A stretch of 64,000 nt of DNA, taken from Tannerella sp. (GTDB lineage Bacteria > Bacteroidota > Bacteroidia > Bacteroidales > Tannerellaceae). Made by a program: the position numbers and the translations under genes. Shown here piece by piece: positions 30,754-41,687 of the stretch (within the stretch, counting starts at the first letter, position 1; each line of letters starts with the position of its first letter). The stretch lies in contig JAIRMH010000099.1 in NCBI GenBank assembly GCA_031258835.1, positions 7,923 to 71,922 on the forward strand. Direction: 5' to 3'. Below the pieces are notes generated by a model that did no database searches, was not told the DNA's origin, and worked only from the letters and a program-made list of their open reading frames with translations.

Positions 30754-32274
30754 TCAACCTAACATTTCAACGGCTCTACGCAATCTCCGTAGCGTTTCGT
30801 CCTTTCCGATCGCCTCGGTAATAAGAAAAACCTGCGGACCAATACCTTGACCGACAAGCGCCAACCGTACGGCATTCATGATATTTCCGAGATGGTATCC
30901 TTTTTGTTCAATCCAGGATTTGACGTACTCTTCCGTTCCCTCGATATCGAAAGGCTCACGATTACCCAGTATTCCGACTAATTCCGTAAGTTGCGCGGCG
31001 CTGTCATCTCGCCAACGTTTCTTGCGCGTTTTTTCATCATAGTCGCTCGGCGCAACGAAAAAATAATACGTCTGTTCCCACAATTCGGGGACAAAACTCA
31101 CCCGTTCCTTCATCATCCCGGCGATCTTCTCTACATAAGCGGGATCTGCATTGTTAACGCCATGACTTTCCAAGACAGGAATAAACATTTCAGCAATATC
31201 CCGGTTACTCCGCTTCCTGATATATTGATGGTTGAACCACTTTCCTTTCTCGTAATCAAATTTGGCGCCGCTCTTACTGCAATGGTTTAAGTCAAAAAGC
31301 CGAATCAGTTCGTCCATCGTCATCAGTTCCTGATCATTTCCGGGATTCCAGCCGAGCAAAGCCAGAAAATTTACAACTGCTTCCGGCAAATAACCGCTTT
31401 CTCGATAACCTGTCGAGACTTCGCCGTTTTTAGGATCATGCCATTCGAGCGGGAAAACAGGGAATCCGAGCCGGTCGCCATCCCGTTTGCTTAGCTTCCC
31501 GCCGCCTTCCGGTTTCAACAATAACGGAAGATGCGCAAACGCCGGCATCGTATCGTCCCAACCCAGATAGCGGTAAAGCAACACATGCAAAGGCGCACTC
31601 GACAGCCATTCTTCGCCACGTATCACATGAGTAATCTCCATCAAATGATCATCCACGATATTTGCAAGATGATAAGTTGGCAGGTTGTCAGCCGATTTGA
31701 ATAGAACTTTGTCGTCGATGATAGAAGAACTTATGACGACATCGCCCCGTATGAGATCGCGGATATGAATATCTTCGCCGGGTTCGATTTTTATACGCAC
31801 TACATAATGCCGGCCTGCATCGATATTCGACCTCACCTCTTCGGGTGATAATGTCAACGAATTACGCATCTCCATTCTCGTCGAAGCGTCATACTGGAAA
31901 TTAGGAATTTCCTTTCTCTTAACCTCCAGCTCTTCCGGCGTGTCGAATGCTATATACGCCAAGCCTGCGTCAAGCAACTGACATACATATTTTTTGTATA
32001 TTTCTTTCCGTTCACTCTGGCGATACGGCCCATAATCGCCTCCATAACCCACACCTTCATCAAACCCGATATCGAGCCATTTGAAGGATTCTATGATATA
32101 CGCTTCCGCACCGGGCACAAAACGCCGGGAATCTGTGTCTTCAATACGAAGAATCATCTCGCCGCCGCGTTGTTTTGCAAACAAATAATTATACAAAGCC
32201 GTACGCACGCCTCCTATGTGAAGCGGCCCTGTTGGACTTGGGGCAAAACGCACTCTTACTTTCCGTTCCGACAT
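30754..32274 (-). CDS. gltX: Glutamate--tRNA ligase
   Basis: [28 protein letters not shown]; start moved to ATG 32274. Confidence 0.97.
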   Translation of the reverse strand: MSERKVRVRFAPSPTGPLHIGGVRTALYNYLFAKQRGGEMILRIEDTDSRRFVPGAEAYIIESFKWLDIGFDEGVGYGGDYGPYRQSERKEIYKKYVCQLLDAGLAYIAFDTPEELEVKRKEIPNFQYDASTRMEMRNSLTLSPEEVRSNIDAGRHYVVRIKIEPGEDIHIRDLIRGDVVISSSIIDDKVLFKSADNLPTYHLANIVDDHLMEITHVIRGEEWLSSAPLHVLLYRYLGWDDTMPAFAHLPLLLKPEGGGKLSKRDGDRLGFPVFPLEWHDPKNGEVSTGYRESGYLPEAVVNFLALLGWNPGNDQELMTMDELIRLFDLNHCSKSGAKFDYEKGKWFNHQYIRKRSNRDIAEMFIPVLESHGVNNADPAYVEKIAGMMKERVSFVPELWEQTYYFFVAPSDYDEKTRKKRWRDDSAAQLTELVGILGNREPFDIEGTEEYVKSWIEQKGYHLGNIMNAVRLALVGQGIGPQVFLITEAIGKDETLRRLRRAVEMLG

Positions 32275-32400
32275 ATATTTCTCACTTACAATATTTAAGA
32301 ATTTTGCAAAAGTAGCGTTTTTTTTTCTCATACTAAATTTTTTATGTATTTTCGCCATGAAAAAATTACATTTTCAGTCAACAATTAAAACAACAACATC

Positions 32401-34482
32401 ATGAATACTAAGAGATCTATTATTCTGTCCGCTTTTTGTATTTTCATTACTGCTTTTGTCATTGCGTTTTTCTTTCCGCGCGAAGGGAAATTCCGTTATC
32501 AGTTTAATGAAGGTAAACCCTGGAAATATGGCTTACTGACCGCTCCGAGCAACTTCCCAATTTATAAAGAGGCAAGTGAAATAGAAGCGGTAAAAGACAG
32601 TATACGTAAAAAATTCGAACCTTATTTTCGTTTCAACCCCGACAAAGAACATGTGAAACTCGAAAACTGGCGCAATCGCATGCCTGTTTTGCGGGAGGCG
32701 GGAATACCCTATAATATATTAATGTATATAGATAAAAGTCTTCGCGAAACATATCGCAAAGGCATCATTTCGGGTAGCGACTTTGAATTGATGAATAAAG
32801 AAAACCGTACACGCATAACGACGCTTACAAACAGTGTGGCAAATGTCAGGCCGTTGACAGACTTCCGTTCGGTAAAATCGGCATATGAAGAAATCATAAA
32901 CCGCGCTCCGGCAGATATCGACAAAGATATTCTCAAAGGATGCAATATCAATGAATATTTGACTGAAAATGTCTTTTATGATCCCGAAACATCGAATAAG
33001 ATACTGGGCGATCTAATCCAGAATATCCCACTGTCCAGCGGTATGGTACAAGCCGGCGAACGGATTGTCGACCGTGGCGAAGTAATTGACAGTCACACAT
33101 ATAGCGTACTTCGTTCGTTAAAAATCGTGCACGAGACAAAATCCGGGGGTGCACAACGCCAAAACATTATACTTATCGGACAATTTATTCTCATATTCGG
33201 AATCATGGCTTGTTTCGGACTTTATATGGCCACTTTTAATCCGAGGATATTTTTTAAACGTAAGAACCTTATTTTTATATTATTATGCATCATCGTAACG
33301 TGTATCCTCTCTGAAATATGTATTAAATACAATCTTATCAATATTTATATCATCCCTTTTGCAATCATTCCTATTGTTATCCGTACGTTTTTCGATTCTC
33401 ACACGGCGCTGTTTACGCATCTGATAACGATAGCAATCTGTTCGCTAACGGCATTGTTCCCTTACGAATTTCTGCTATTACAGATTTTCACGGGTATTGT
33501 CGTAATATTCAGTCTAAAAGAACTGTCACAACGTTCGCAATTGATTAAATGCTCTTTATTTGTATTCCTTTCGTACATGATATTTTATCTAAGTCTCGTG
33601 ATTTATCAGGAAGGCGATTTCAGTAAAATAAATTGGGAAATGGCGCTCTATTTCAGCATCAATTTCATATTACTAATGTTCTCATACATACTCATTTATG
33701 TATTGGAGAAAATTTTTGGGTATCTCTCTTCCATCACACTGGTCGAACTTTCGAACCTGAACAACCCGCTCCTCAAAAAACTTTCGGAAACGGCGCCCGG
33801 CACATTCCAGCACACGCTTCAGGTATCAATATTAGCTTCTAAGGCCGGCGAAAAAGTCGGTGCAGATACTCAACTCATACGTACCGGTACATTATATCAT
33901 GATATCGGAAAAATGAATAACCCCTTATTTTTCACGGAAAACCAGAATGGATTTAATCCGCACGAAAAACTGTCGTTCGAACAAAGTGCACAGATTATCA
34001 TTTCCCATGTTACGGATGGCATAAAAATAGCGGAAAAAGCCGGACTTCCCAAAGCCATCATTGATTTTATATGTACGCATCACGGCAGAGGAAAAACCAA
34101 GTTTTTCTACAATTCTTTCCGTAATAATTTCCCGGACAAACCGGTTAACGACGCGGCATTTACCTATCCTGGCCCTAACCCTTTTACAAAAGAAACGGCA
34201 ATATTAATGATGGCCGATTCTACCGAAGCTGCATCCCGCAGCCTGAAAGATTATACTGATGAAAGCATTAAAAACCTGATTAATAAGATTATTGACAGTC
34301 AGATAGCAGACGGACTGATGAAAAACGCGCCTTTGACATTCAAAGACATTGATGCTATAAAAAGCGTATTTTTTGAACGGTTGAAAACCATGCACCACAC
34401 GCGTGTAAGTTATCCCGAACTGAAAGAACAAGAGAAACCGACGGAAGAGGTCACTGGGGATCCACATCATAGTGCAAAATAA
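32401..34482 (+). CDS. 7TM-HD (HDIG) membrane phosphohydrolase, PgpH-like
   Basis: Extracytoplasmic domain, multiple TM helices, APGTFQH, YHDIGK, HHG, MADSTEAASRS. Confidence 0.9.
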   Translation: MNTKRSIILSAFCIFITAFVIAFFFPREGKFRYQFNEGKPWKYGLLTAPSNFPIYKEASEIEAVKDSIRKKFEPYFRFNPDKEHVKLENWRNRMPVLREAGIPYNILMYIDKSLRETYRKGIISGSDFELMNKENRTRITTLTNSVANVRPLTDFRSVKSAYEEIINRAPADIDKDILKGCNINEYLTENVFYDPETSNKILGDLIQNIPLSSGMVQAGERIVDRGEVIDSHTYSVLRSLKIVHETKSGGAQRQNIILIGQFILIFGIMACFGLYMATFNPRIFFKRKNLIFILLCIIVTCILSEICIKYNLINIYIIPFAIIPIVIRTFFDSHTALFTHLITIAICSLTALFPYEFLLLQIFTGIVVIFSLKELSQRSQLIKCSLFVFLSYMIFYLSLVIYQEGDFSKINWEMALYFSINFILLMFSYILIYVLEKIFGYLSSITLVELSNLNNPLLKKLSETAPGTFQHTLQVSILASKAGEKVGADTQLIRTGTLYHDIGKMNNPLFFTENQNGFNPHEKLSFEQSAQIIISHVTDGIKIAEKAGLPKAIIDFICTHHGRGKTKFFYNSFRNNFPDKPVNDAAFTYPGPNPFTKETAILMMADSTEAASRSLKDYTDESIKNLINKIIDSQIADGLMKNAPLTFKDIDAIKSVFFERLKTMHHTRVSYPELKEQEKPTEEVTGDPHHSAK

Positions 34483-37012
34483 CTTGCTTGAATAGAGGAT
34501 GATGTTGCATTTCCTCATATACTGTTTCCAATACTTTACGGGTATCGGAAACAGATACTGACAGATCCATTTTCAACATTATCTTACGGATAAACAACGT
34601 CTGAACGCGGGTTACAGGAGGATATACGGGATTCGAAACACAGTCTCCGAACCTCGATTTCAATTCGGCGGAATAGCGGTCTGCTATTTGGTCTAAAACA
34701 TCTTCATTGCGACTGCGCAACACAATCATTATCAGACGCGTATAGGGAGGATAACGAAATATAAAACGCTCTTTCAGTTGTACCTGCGCCATTCCCGAAT
34801 AATCAAAATTCCGCGCCATTTGCAGTAACGGATGGTCTTCGGACTGCGATGTTTGCAGGATAACAGTTCCCCGTTTATCTCTGCGTCCGGTACGCCCGCT
34901 CACTTGAAGTATCATCTGAAAGGCCCTCTCATAGGCGCGGAAATCAGGAATATTCATCAGGCCATCCACATTCAACATTCCTGCGACACTGACATTTTCA
35001 AAATCAAATCCTTTTGAAACCATTTGCGCGCCTATCAGAATCTGCGTTTCTCCTTCCTCAAAATCATTCAAAATACGTCTGTAAGCATTTCGTGTGCGCG
35101 CTGTATCCGTATCCAGACGGGCGGTTTTTGCAGAAGGGAACAGCGTGCGAATCTCCTCTTCGACTTTCTCTGTACCGAACCCCTGCATTTTAAGTTCCAT
35201 ACTGCCACATGAGGGGCATTTCGATGATAATGGTATGGAATAACCGCAATAATGACACACTAAACGATGTAACTGTTTATGATACGTAAGGCAGACATCG
35301 CAATTGACGCAGTGCGGTACGTCGCCACAAGTCCGGCATACGACCAATGGTGCAAAGCCACGACGGTTCTGAAATAATATAACTTGCTCACCTTTTGATA
35401 ATGCCTCCTGAATTTTTTCACAAAGCAACGGCGAAAACAATGTATCTCTCATGCGTTTCTTACGACGCAAATCCCTGACATTAACAACCTCTATTTGCGG
35501 AAACCGCCCATTTCCATAGCGGTTATTGAGTTCTACCATGCCATATTTCCCGTTTAACGCCCACAAATAAGATTCTAACGATGGCGTCGCCGATCCTAAC
35601 AACACCTTGCCGCCATGTTCGAGAGCCAGCATCATCGCGACATTCCGGGCGTGGTAACGTGGCGCTGATTCCTGTTGTTTGTATGAAGCGTCATGTTCCT
35701 CATCGACAATAATCAATCCCAGTCGTGCAAATGGTAAAAATATAGACGAACGGATTCCTAATACGACAATCGGCTCATCTGTTTGTAATAAACGGTTCCA
35801 TATTTCAACTCTTTCATTATCCGAAAAACCTGAATGATACACCAAAAGGCGACTGCCGAAAACCCGTTGCAGGCGATCCGTAACCTGCGCGGCAATAGCG
35901 ATTTCGGGCAATAAATAAAGCGCCTGCCGGCCTTCCGTCAACATATCGGAAATCATACGAATATATATATCCGTCTTACCGCTTGAAGCAACGCCGTACA
36001 ACAACGCGATATCCTTCGTTTCAAAAGATTTTTTTATATCTTCGTACGCTTTTTGCTGCGTTTCGGATAACGTAACGACTTCCCGCATGCTTATATCCGA
36101 CGAGACAATACGGCTCACCGCTCGTTCTTCCGCAACAAAAATTCCCCGTTTCAATAAGACATTCAGCACTGCCGGCCTAACACCGGAATACGCTAATAAT
36201 CTTTTCCTTAACACAAAGACGGGAGTTGTCCCGTTTAATTTGACTTTTAATTCGTCCACATTACCGACCAAAGCGGAGAGCGTCCCGGCAACCGGAACGG
36301 CATTTGTACCATCCCAAACCGAAACGACTCCGCTAAGGATAAGGTAATCCAATAATAACTTTTCCTGTTGCTTCGCTCTCACAAGCAATGCCAAAACGAC
36401 ATTCAGATCTTCTTCATTACGTATATTTCCGGCCAGGCATACATATGTTTCCATTTTATCCTTAAATCTTTGCTTCAAAGATTCATTGATCTCAATCGCC
36501 CCCTTTTCCAGTAAAGAATTGATTAGAGGAAAAACATTTTTCAGGCCGGAGATACGTTCCAGATCCGAAACAGACAAACCCCTATGAGACGAAAAAGCGC
36601 CCAATATCTTTTGTTCGTTGGGTTTCAGGCGCTCTTCCACCTCATATTCCGGGTTTATCGTAACAATCGTTTGGCTCTCCGGTTTTAGTCCCGAGGGCAA
36701 AGCCCCCCGGAAAACCTCTCCTATCGAACATAAATAATAAGAAGATATCCATTGCCATAAGCGCAACTGATATGCACGTACGACCGGCTTTTCATCCAAC
36801 AATGCAAATATCTCCTTTATTTCCTGATAGTTGTCTGATTTTCCGGGTTTGTAATCATATATTTCCGCGACAATGCCCGTATAATAATGTTTTTTACCAA
36901 AAGGCACGACAACACGAACATACACGGAAATAGCATTTTCCATCACATCCGGCACACAATAAATAAAAGTACCGGCCAGAGGTAACGGGAGTATCACTTC
37001 TACATATTTCAT
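34451..37012 (-). CDS. priA: Primosomal protein N' (replication restart helicase)
   Basis: GVASSGKT, DEEH, SATPS, QNRRGFAP, four CxxC Zn motifs, QVSGRTGR. Confidence 0.96.
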   Translation of the reverse strand: MKYVEVILPLPLAGTFIYCVPDVMENAISVYVRVVVPFGKKHYYTGIVAEIYDYKPGKSDNYQEIKEIFALLDEKPVVRAYQLRLWQWISSYYLCSIGEVFRGALPSGLKPESQTIVTINPEYEVEERLKPNEQKILGAFSSHRGLSVSDLERISGLKNVFPLINSLLEKGAIEINESLKQRFKDKMETYVCLAGNIRNEEDLNVVLALLVRAKQQEKLLLDYLILSGVVSVWDGTNAVPVAGTLSALVGNVDELKVKLNGTTPVFVLRKRLLAYSGVRPAVLNVLLKRGIFVAEERAVSRIVSSDISMREVVTLSETQQKAYEDIKKSFETKDIALLYGVASSGKTDIYIRMISDMLTEGRQALYLLPEIAIAAQVTDRLQRVFGSRLLVYHSGFSDNERVEIWNRLLQTDEPIVVLGIRSSIFLPFARLGLIIVDEEHDASYKQQESAPRYHARNVAMMLALEHGGKVLLGSATPSLESYLWALNGKYGMVELNNRYGNGRFPQIEVVNVRDLRRKKRMRDTLFSPLLCEKIQEALSKGEQVILFQNRRGFAPLVVCRTCGDVPHCVNCDVCLTYHKQLHRLVCHYCGYSIPLSSKCPSCGSMELKMQGFGTEKVEEEIRTLFPSAKTARLDTDTARTRNAYRRILNDFEEGETQILIGAQMVSKGFDFENVSVAGMLNVDGLMNIPDFRAYERAFQMILQVSGRTGRRDKRGTVILQTSQSEDHPLLQMARNFDYSGMAQVQLKERFIFRYPPYTRLIMIVLRSRNEDVLDQIADRYSAELKSRFGDCVSNPVYPPVTRVQTLFIRKIMLKMDLSVSVSDTRKVLETVYEEMQHHPLFKQVILHYDVDPQ

Positions 37013-37057
37013 TATTCTTCCTGCAACAACATTCGATTAATACAGATTGTCGAAGTA

Positions 37058-37660
37058 TTAAAAGAAGATCGTTGCATTCACCGACCATGTATGCGCCTTA
37101 CCTTTATAACTTTCTATATCCTTCACATTAAACGTTTCGTAATTATCCGTCAGTCCGAGGCTATAAGTAATACCTAATTGCAAATTCTTAAACACTTCCG
37201 CTCCTGCGCTGAAATCCAATCCGGCGCCAAAACTTTTTGTTTTTATCTGATGTATTATCCCTTCGGTCGTCTTTGATACGTCCCATTTCTTATCTCCCGC
37301 GATACGAATATCTATATACGGACCTACAGCCACATACGGATTCACAAGAGGCAACCCTAATTTAAATTTAAGATGAAGAGGTATCTCCATGTATGCGTTC
37401 CGGACTTTTCCATTATCCGAGTTAAACCCTTTCTGAGAATATAAAACAGCCGTTTCAATGCCTATACCGCCTTGTCCGACCATCCCTTCTAACGTAGGCC
37501 CCACATGGAAACCCGTTATATTACCCGATTTAAAATACTTCTTCTCAAACTTTGCTTTGGCGACATTCACGCCGCCCTTTACACCAAAACGCAACTGAGC
37601 ATCTGCCGTTGACACGACCAACAATGCCGCCACTATCAAAAAAAACTTCACATTTTTCAT
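37058..37660 (-). CDS. Outer-membrane beta-barrel (porin family / OMP_b-brl_2) protein
   Basis: Signal peptide ...ADAQ, RFGVKGGVN, YMEIPLHLK, C-terminal aromatic (IFF). Confidence 0.8.
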   Translation of the reverse strand: MKNVKFFLIVAALLVVSTADAQLRFGVKGGVNVAKAKFEKKYFKSGNITGFHVGPTLEGMVGQGGIGIETAVLYSQKGFNSDNGKVRNAYMEIPLHLKFKLGLPLVNPYVAVGPYIDIRIAGDKKWDVSKTTEGIIHQIKTKSFGAGLDFSAGAEVFKNLQLGITYSLGLTDNYETFNVKDIESYKGKAHTWSVNATIFF

Positions 37661-37818
37661 AATCGCTAATTTTAATAAAACATTCAATATTGCAAACAAT
37701 ATATTTTCTTCATTTTGTTTACAACAGACAAATATAATACAAAAATATAGCATTTGCAAATATTTTGCCGGATATTTTTAAAATAATTCTCAACAGCTTT
37801 GCCTCCAATAATACCGCT

Positions 37819-38973
37819 CTAAATATTCGGAATCGCATCACCGCCGGTCGGATTCGCCGGATCGCAGATGGCTACGCCGACTTTCGAGTCTGCACATCCA
37901 TAGTATAGATACCATTTTTGATGATAATATACCAATCCTTCGATAAAAACCGTACCATCCGCATATTGACCGCTTTTCTCAAAGTCAGCCATCGGGCGGA
38001 AGAAGGGAACGTCCAAACGAGCAATGGCTTTATACGGGTCATTCAGGTCGAACAGTACCTGACCGGCGCTGTATGTGCCGGCATTAAACCGCAAGTCGCG
38101 CTTGTCGTTTGTTTGATTCTTTCCGTTGTACAGGAGAAGTATCCCCTTGCCGGTAATCAAAGCAGGAGGCCCACACTCGGTCAGGGCGCTGTCGAAGTAG
38201 CCTTCCCTCGGAAAGATTAACCTCCGTAGTTCATTGTTTGCGTCCAGTACCGGCGTCCAGTGTATCAAATCATCAGATACGGCTGCGGCGACCATTTTTT
38301 CGCCCCAATACATCAGGTATTTGCCATTAACCTTGGCTATTACCTGTCTGCCATCCTTAATTTTCGTAACGATAGACCCGGATTTGCAGGCCATATCTTT
38401 AAACCGTCCGTTAAAGGCGTCGAAAAATGCGGGACCGTGCTTCTCCCATGTCAGCAAATCGCGGGATGTTGCTACTGCCAGACGCGGGACTTTCCTGTTC
38501 CATGAAGTGTACATCATCACATACAGACCATCTTCGGTCACTGCCACGCGAGGGTCTTCACATCCGCCTGGCCATTCCCATTCTTTAGCATTGTCTTCGG
38601 CCGGAAACATTACCGGTTCGCTGCGGCGTTTCATCCGTATACCGTCTACGGATTCAGCCAGTCCGATACGTGAAGTTCTTTTTCCTATTCCCGTCGCCGA
38701 ATTGTCTTCCGCCCGATACAAGACCTGTATCCTGTCATCTTTGACAACGGCCGCAGGATTGAAGACGTCGCTCTCTTCCCATTTGACCTGTTTTTTCTGC
38801 ATTGGGCAATAAAAACGGCTTTTAGCCTCCGGCGCAATGACCGGATTCGCGCCTTCGGGCCGCACGAAACCACCTAAAGCCCAATCAGGTAAAATATTTT
38901 CGTTCCGGTCTTTCTGTGCAAAGAGAGGAAAAGACAACAGGAGACAAATAGTCGTTATTTCCAAATATTTCAT
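37819..38973 (-). CDS. Secreted GH130 enzyme, BT3780-like beta-1,2-mannosidase
   Basis: LPDWALGGF, FNPAA, LYRAED, EWPGGCEDPR, DSALTECGPPA, EKSGQY.DGTVFIEG, YYGCADS closely match BT3780 as recalled; SpI signal. Confidence 0.85.
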   Translation of the reverse strand: MKYLEITTICLLLSFPLFAQKDRNENILPDWALGGFVRPEGANPVIAPEAKSRFYCPMQKKQVKWEESDVFNPAAVVKDDRIQVLYRAEDNSATGIGKRTSRIGLAESVDGIRMKRRSEPVMFPAEDNAKEWEWPGGCEDPRVAVTEDGLYVMMYTSWNRKVPRLAVATSRDLLTWEKHGPAFFDAFNGRFKDMACKSGSIVTKIKDGRQVIAKVNGKYLMYWGEKMVAAAVSDDLIHWTPVLDANNELRRLIFPREGYFDSALTECGPPALITGKGILLLYNGKNQTNDKRDLRFNAGTYSAGQVLFDLNDPYKAIARLDVPFFRPMADFEKSGQYADGTVFIEGLVYYHQKWYLYYGCADSKVGVAICDPANPTGGDAIPNI

Positions 38974-39106
38974 TGCATTTGTTCTTTTTTGGGTACAATG
39001 TACCAGTACATTATTTTTCATATTACTCTCGCTATCGAACAGTTTTGATGAGTATAAAGATCCTTTTCAAATTCTGTTTTTGATTAATATTTGCATAAAA
39101 AACAAA

Positions 39107-39802
39107 TCATACTGTTACCGTTAAAATAACGCTGTAATTCACGTTTCCATCTACTTTAGCGCCAATACGCACATAAATCCGGTTTCCATTCGCCTGGATT
39201 TTGTAATGATTATTCTTGTACGTCTGGTTATTATTCAGATCAAATTTTATCTCGCCCGAAGTTTCGGTAACGGTAATTTTCTCTGCATAATTGGCTACGC
39301 CGTCATCAACACCCGGAGCAAAATTCCAATAACCATAGACGTCCGACACTTTAAAAGATGAAGAAGTCGTATTTACCGCATATTGAACAGTGACAACTCC
39401 ACCCGACACGGTTGCAGATGCGTTAATACGGGCATAAGGAAGCGCTTTCAAATCATAAGAAGTCTGGCCTTTTACGGTTACATTTCCTTTACACGGGGAG
39501 ACAAACGGGCCATTGACAACTATTTCATAATCGCCGTTAAATACTTGAGTGTTTTCATACGTCCCATCGTATTTTGCATAAAAATCAACTGATTTTGTCG
39601 CATCCGTATTCAGTTCATACAAATTGATGATGGTTCCTGTTGAACCTTGGACCGGCAGAGGAACAGGTTCGTTTGTTTCCGCATCCAGAATTTTTCCCGT
39701 TATACCTCCGTCCGGTGCGTCATAGTTATCAAGCTCATTCAGGCAACCGGTCAGTAAGAACATGATTGCCATTGATGTAAGATATAAATTTATTTTTTTC
39801 AT
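39107..39802 (-). CDS. DUF3823 family PUL lipoprotein (surface glycan-binding-like)
   Basis: Lipobox LTGC, DNYDAPD, G.ILDAETNEPV, DGTYENTQVFNGDY, RIYVRIGA. Confidence 0.8.
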   Translation of the reverse strand: MKKINLYLTSMAIMFLLTGCLNELDNYDAPDGGITGKILDAETNEPVPLPVQGSTGTIINLYELNTDATKSVDFYAKYDGTYENTQVFNGDYEIVVNGPFVSPCKGNVTVKGQTSYDLKALPYARINASATVSGGVVTVQYAVNTTSSSFKVSDVYGYWNFAPGVDDGVANYAEKITVTETSGEIKFDLNNNQTYKNNHYKIQANGNRIYVRIGAKVDGNVNYSVILTVTV

Positions 39803-39825
39803 ATCAGTTTTGTTTAATTCGTTTG

Positions 39826-41670
39826 TTAATTTGTGTATCCCGGATTTTGAACCAATTTCGGATTGGAATTAATATCATCGGTATTTATTTTCAAGTAATA
39901 GTTTTTTTCGAGAAAAATCCTTCTCTGTTTAGGAGCATTATATCCTCTTTCAAAAACGAATTTATTGTCGCTGATGTCAAGCCATGGATATATCGCTGTC
40001 CCCCTGAAGCCGTTCAATCCACCCTGTTCAACATCCAAATGCGCTATTCGCCAGCGTTTCATATCCCAAAAACGGTGTCCTTCGAACGCCAGTTCTATTT
40101 TACGTTCATGGCGCACTTTAGCCATATCGATATTTGTTAACAAAAATATTCCTGCCCGTTCCCGAATTGAGTTCACGGCCTGCAAAGCTTCGGCATTTTT
40201 CCCCAATTCCATAGCCGCTTCCGCCAGATTCAGATAAATCTCGCCCAGTCGAAAAACCGGCCATGGAGTTTCCGACTTACCCATATTCATGTCCGTCAAC
40301 GTCTCATCGAAGAATTTCTTCTGATAGAATCCTGTTTTGGAAGCATCTCCGGCATCGGCTCCGCCATCTTTTCCGGTTGTACTGTATACCACACCGCCTA
40401 TTTCCGCTTGATTGCCACCGTCCGGCTGACTGGTAGCAATGTGGCGATTCCCTTCAAAATCAATGATTCCACGGCGCCATTCCATCACGGAGCCTTTTAT
40501 TGGTGATCCGGGCAAATAAATACTGGCATACAAGCGAGGATCTCTTCCCATGAACAGTTCGTAAGGATCTTCGAACCGTAGCGACGTCCCTTGGGAATCC
40601 GTTATCCGTAGCGGTTCCGCAACGCCATCCGTACATTCATACTCTTCAATCATCTCAAGCGTAGGAGCTACGCCACAACCCCATCCTCCGGCACGGAAAG
40701 AAAAAGGCGCATTTCGCTTGTCCCAGTCATGTCCTTTCCCTCCGGCCACATTGTATTGTTTCTGGAAAATATACTCGCCATTGTCTCCGTTTCCTTTCAA
40801 AAACATGTCACAATAATTCTGAGATCTGTCATCCGGTTTTTTATTGTACAGAGCATACACGCCCAGCGACAGAATCTCCGAAGAAACATCGTATGATGTT
40901 TGAAAGAAACGGGTGGCGTCGGATGCAGGGATACCCACCACTCCATCCAACTGGACTGAACCATATTTCGCTATGGAGCCGGCGTATAATGCAGCCCGCG
41001 AGCAAAGAGCTAAAGCTGCACCTCTGTCAGTGCGATATTTTGCCGAGGCTTCTCGACGTAAAGGCAATCCGGCTGCGGCTTCCCGACATTCTTTCACGAT
41101 AAAATCATATACTTCAACTTCTTTGTTGCGGGGAACCATCAATGCCTCCAGATTGTTGGGGTCATATTCCTGCGGTTCGGTAACCAAAGGTACGCCTCCG
41201 TATCGCTTTACCAAAGTAAAGTAATGCATGGCGCGAAGGAAACGGGCTTCTGCCAGAAGCAATGTTTTATCGGCATCGGAGAGTGAAACGGCCGTTTCGA
41301 CCTGTACGATAAAATCGTTACAGTTCCGTATGAGTTTGTACCGATCGGAAAATTTCTGTTCGAACAGATAATCTTCATACGTATACGTGGCATTCCCATT
41401 ATCGAACAAGGGGTCTTTCTGAAAGGAACCCTGCGCTTCGTCGGACATGGTACTCGGATTTTGAAGCCGCCATGCGTCTCTGTACCAGTAATTAAAATCT
41501 TCCAGTTGAAGACCGTCATACAAATTGACCATCACACCGTTTATGAGTTTCGGTTCTTTCCATACCTGTTCCGGCGTAATGATATCAAACGATTCTTTCT
41601 CCAGATAATCATTGCAAGCGGTAATTATCAATGAGACAATAGCGAAAACTGTTACTTTATATAATTTCAT
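39826..41670 (-). CDS. SusD/RagB family lipoprotein
   Basis: Lipobox ITAC, EARFLRA.HYF.LVKRYGGVP, RLGEIYLNLAEA, ERKIELAFEGHRFWD, QNPGY. Confidence 0.95.
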   Translation of the reverse strand: MKLYKVTVFAIVSLIITACNDYLEKESFDIITPEQVWKEPKLINGVMVNLYDGLQLEDFNYWYRDAWRLQNPSTMSDEAQGSFQKDPLFDNGNATYTYEDYLFEQKFSDRYKLIRNCNDFIVQVETAVSLSDADKTLLLAEARFLRAMHYFTLVKRYGGVPLVTEPQEYDPNNLEALMVPRNKEVEVYDFIVKECREAAAGLPLRREASAKYRTDRGAALALCSRAALYAGSIAKYGSVQLDGVVGIPASDATRFFQTSYDVSSEILSLGVYALYNKKPDDRSQNYCDMFLKGNGDNGEYIFQKQYNVAGGKGHDWDKRNAPFSFRAGGWGCGVAPTLEMIEEYECTDGVAEPLRITDSQGTSLRFEDPYELFMGRDPRLYASIYLPGSPIKGSVMEWRRGIIDFEGNRHIATSQPDGGNQAEIGGVVYSTTGKDGGADAGDASKTGFYQKKFFDETLTDMNMGKSETPWPVFRLGEIYLNLAEAAMELGKNAEALQAVNSIRERAGIFLLTNIDMAKVRHERKIELAFEGHRFWDMKRWRIAHLDVEQGGLNGFRGTAIYPWLDISDNKFVFERGYNAPKQRRIFLEKNYYLKINTDDINSNPKLVQNPGYTN

Positions 41671-41687
41671 AATCGTAATTTTAAAGG

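Noticed and set aside
29496-34482. Convergent 3' overlaps (CapA fusion/waaA 13 bp; HD protein/priA 32 bp)
   Set aside because: Short convergent overlaps are common and need no special explanation
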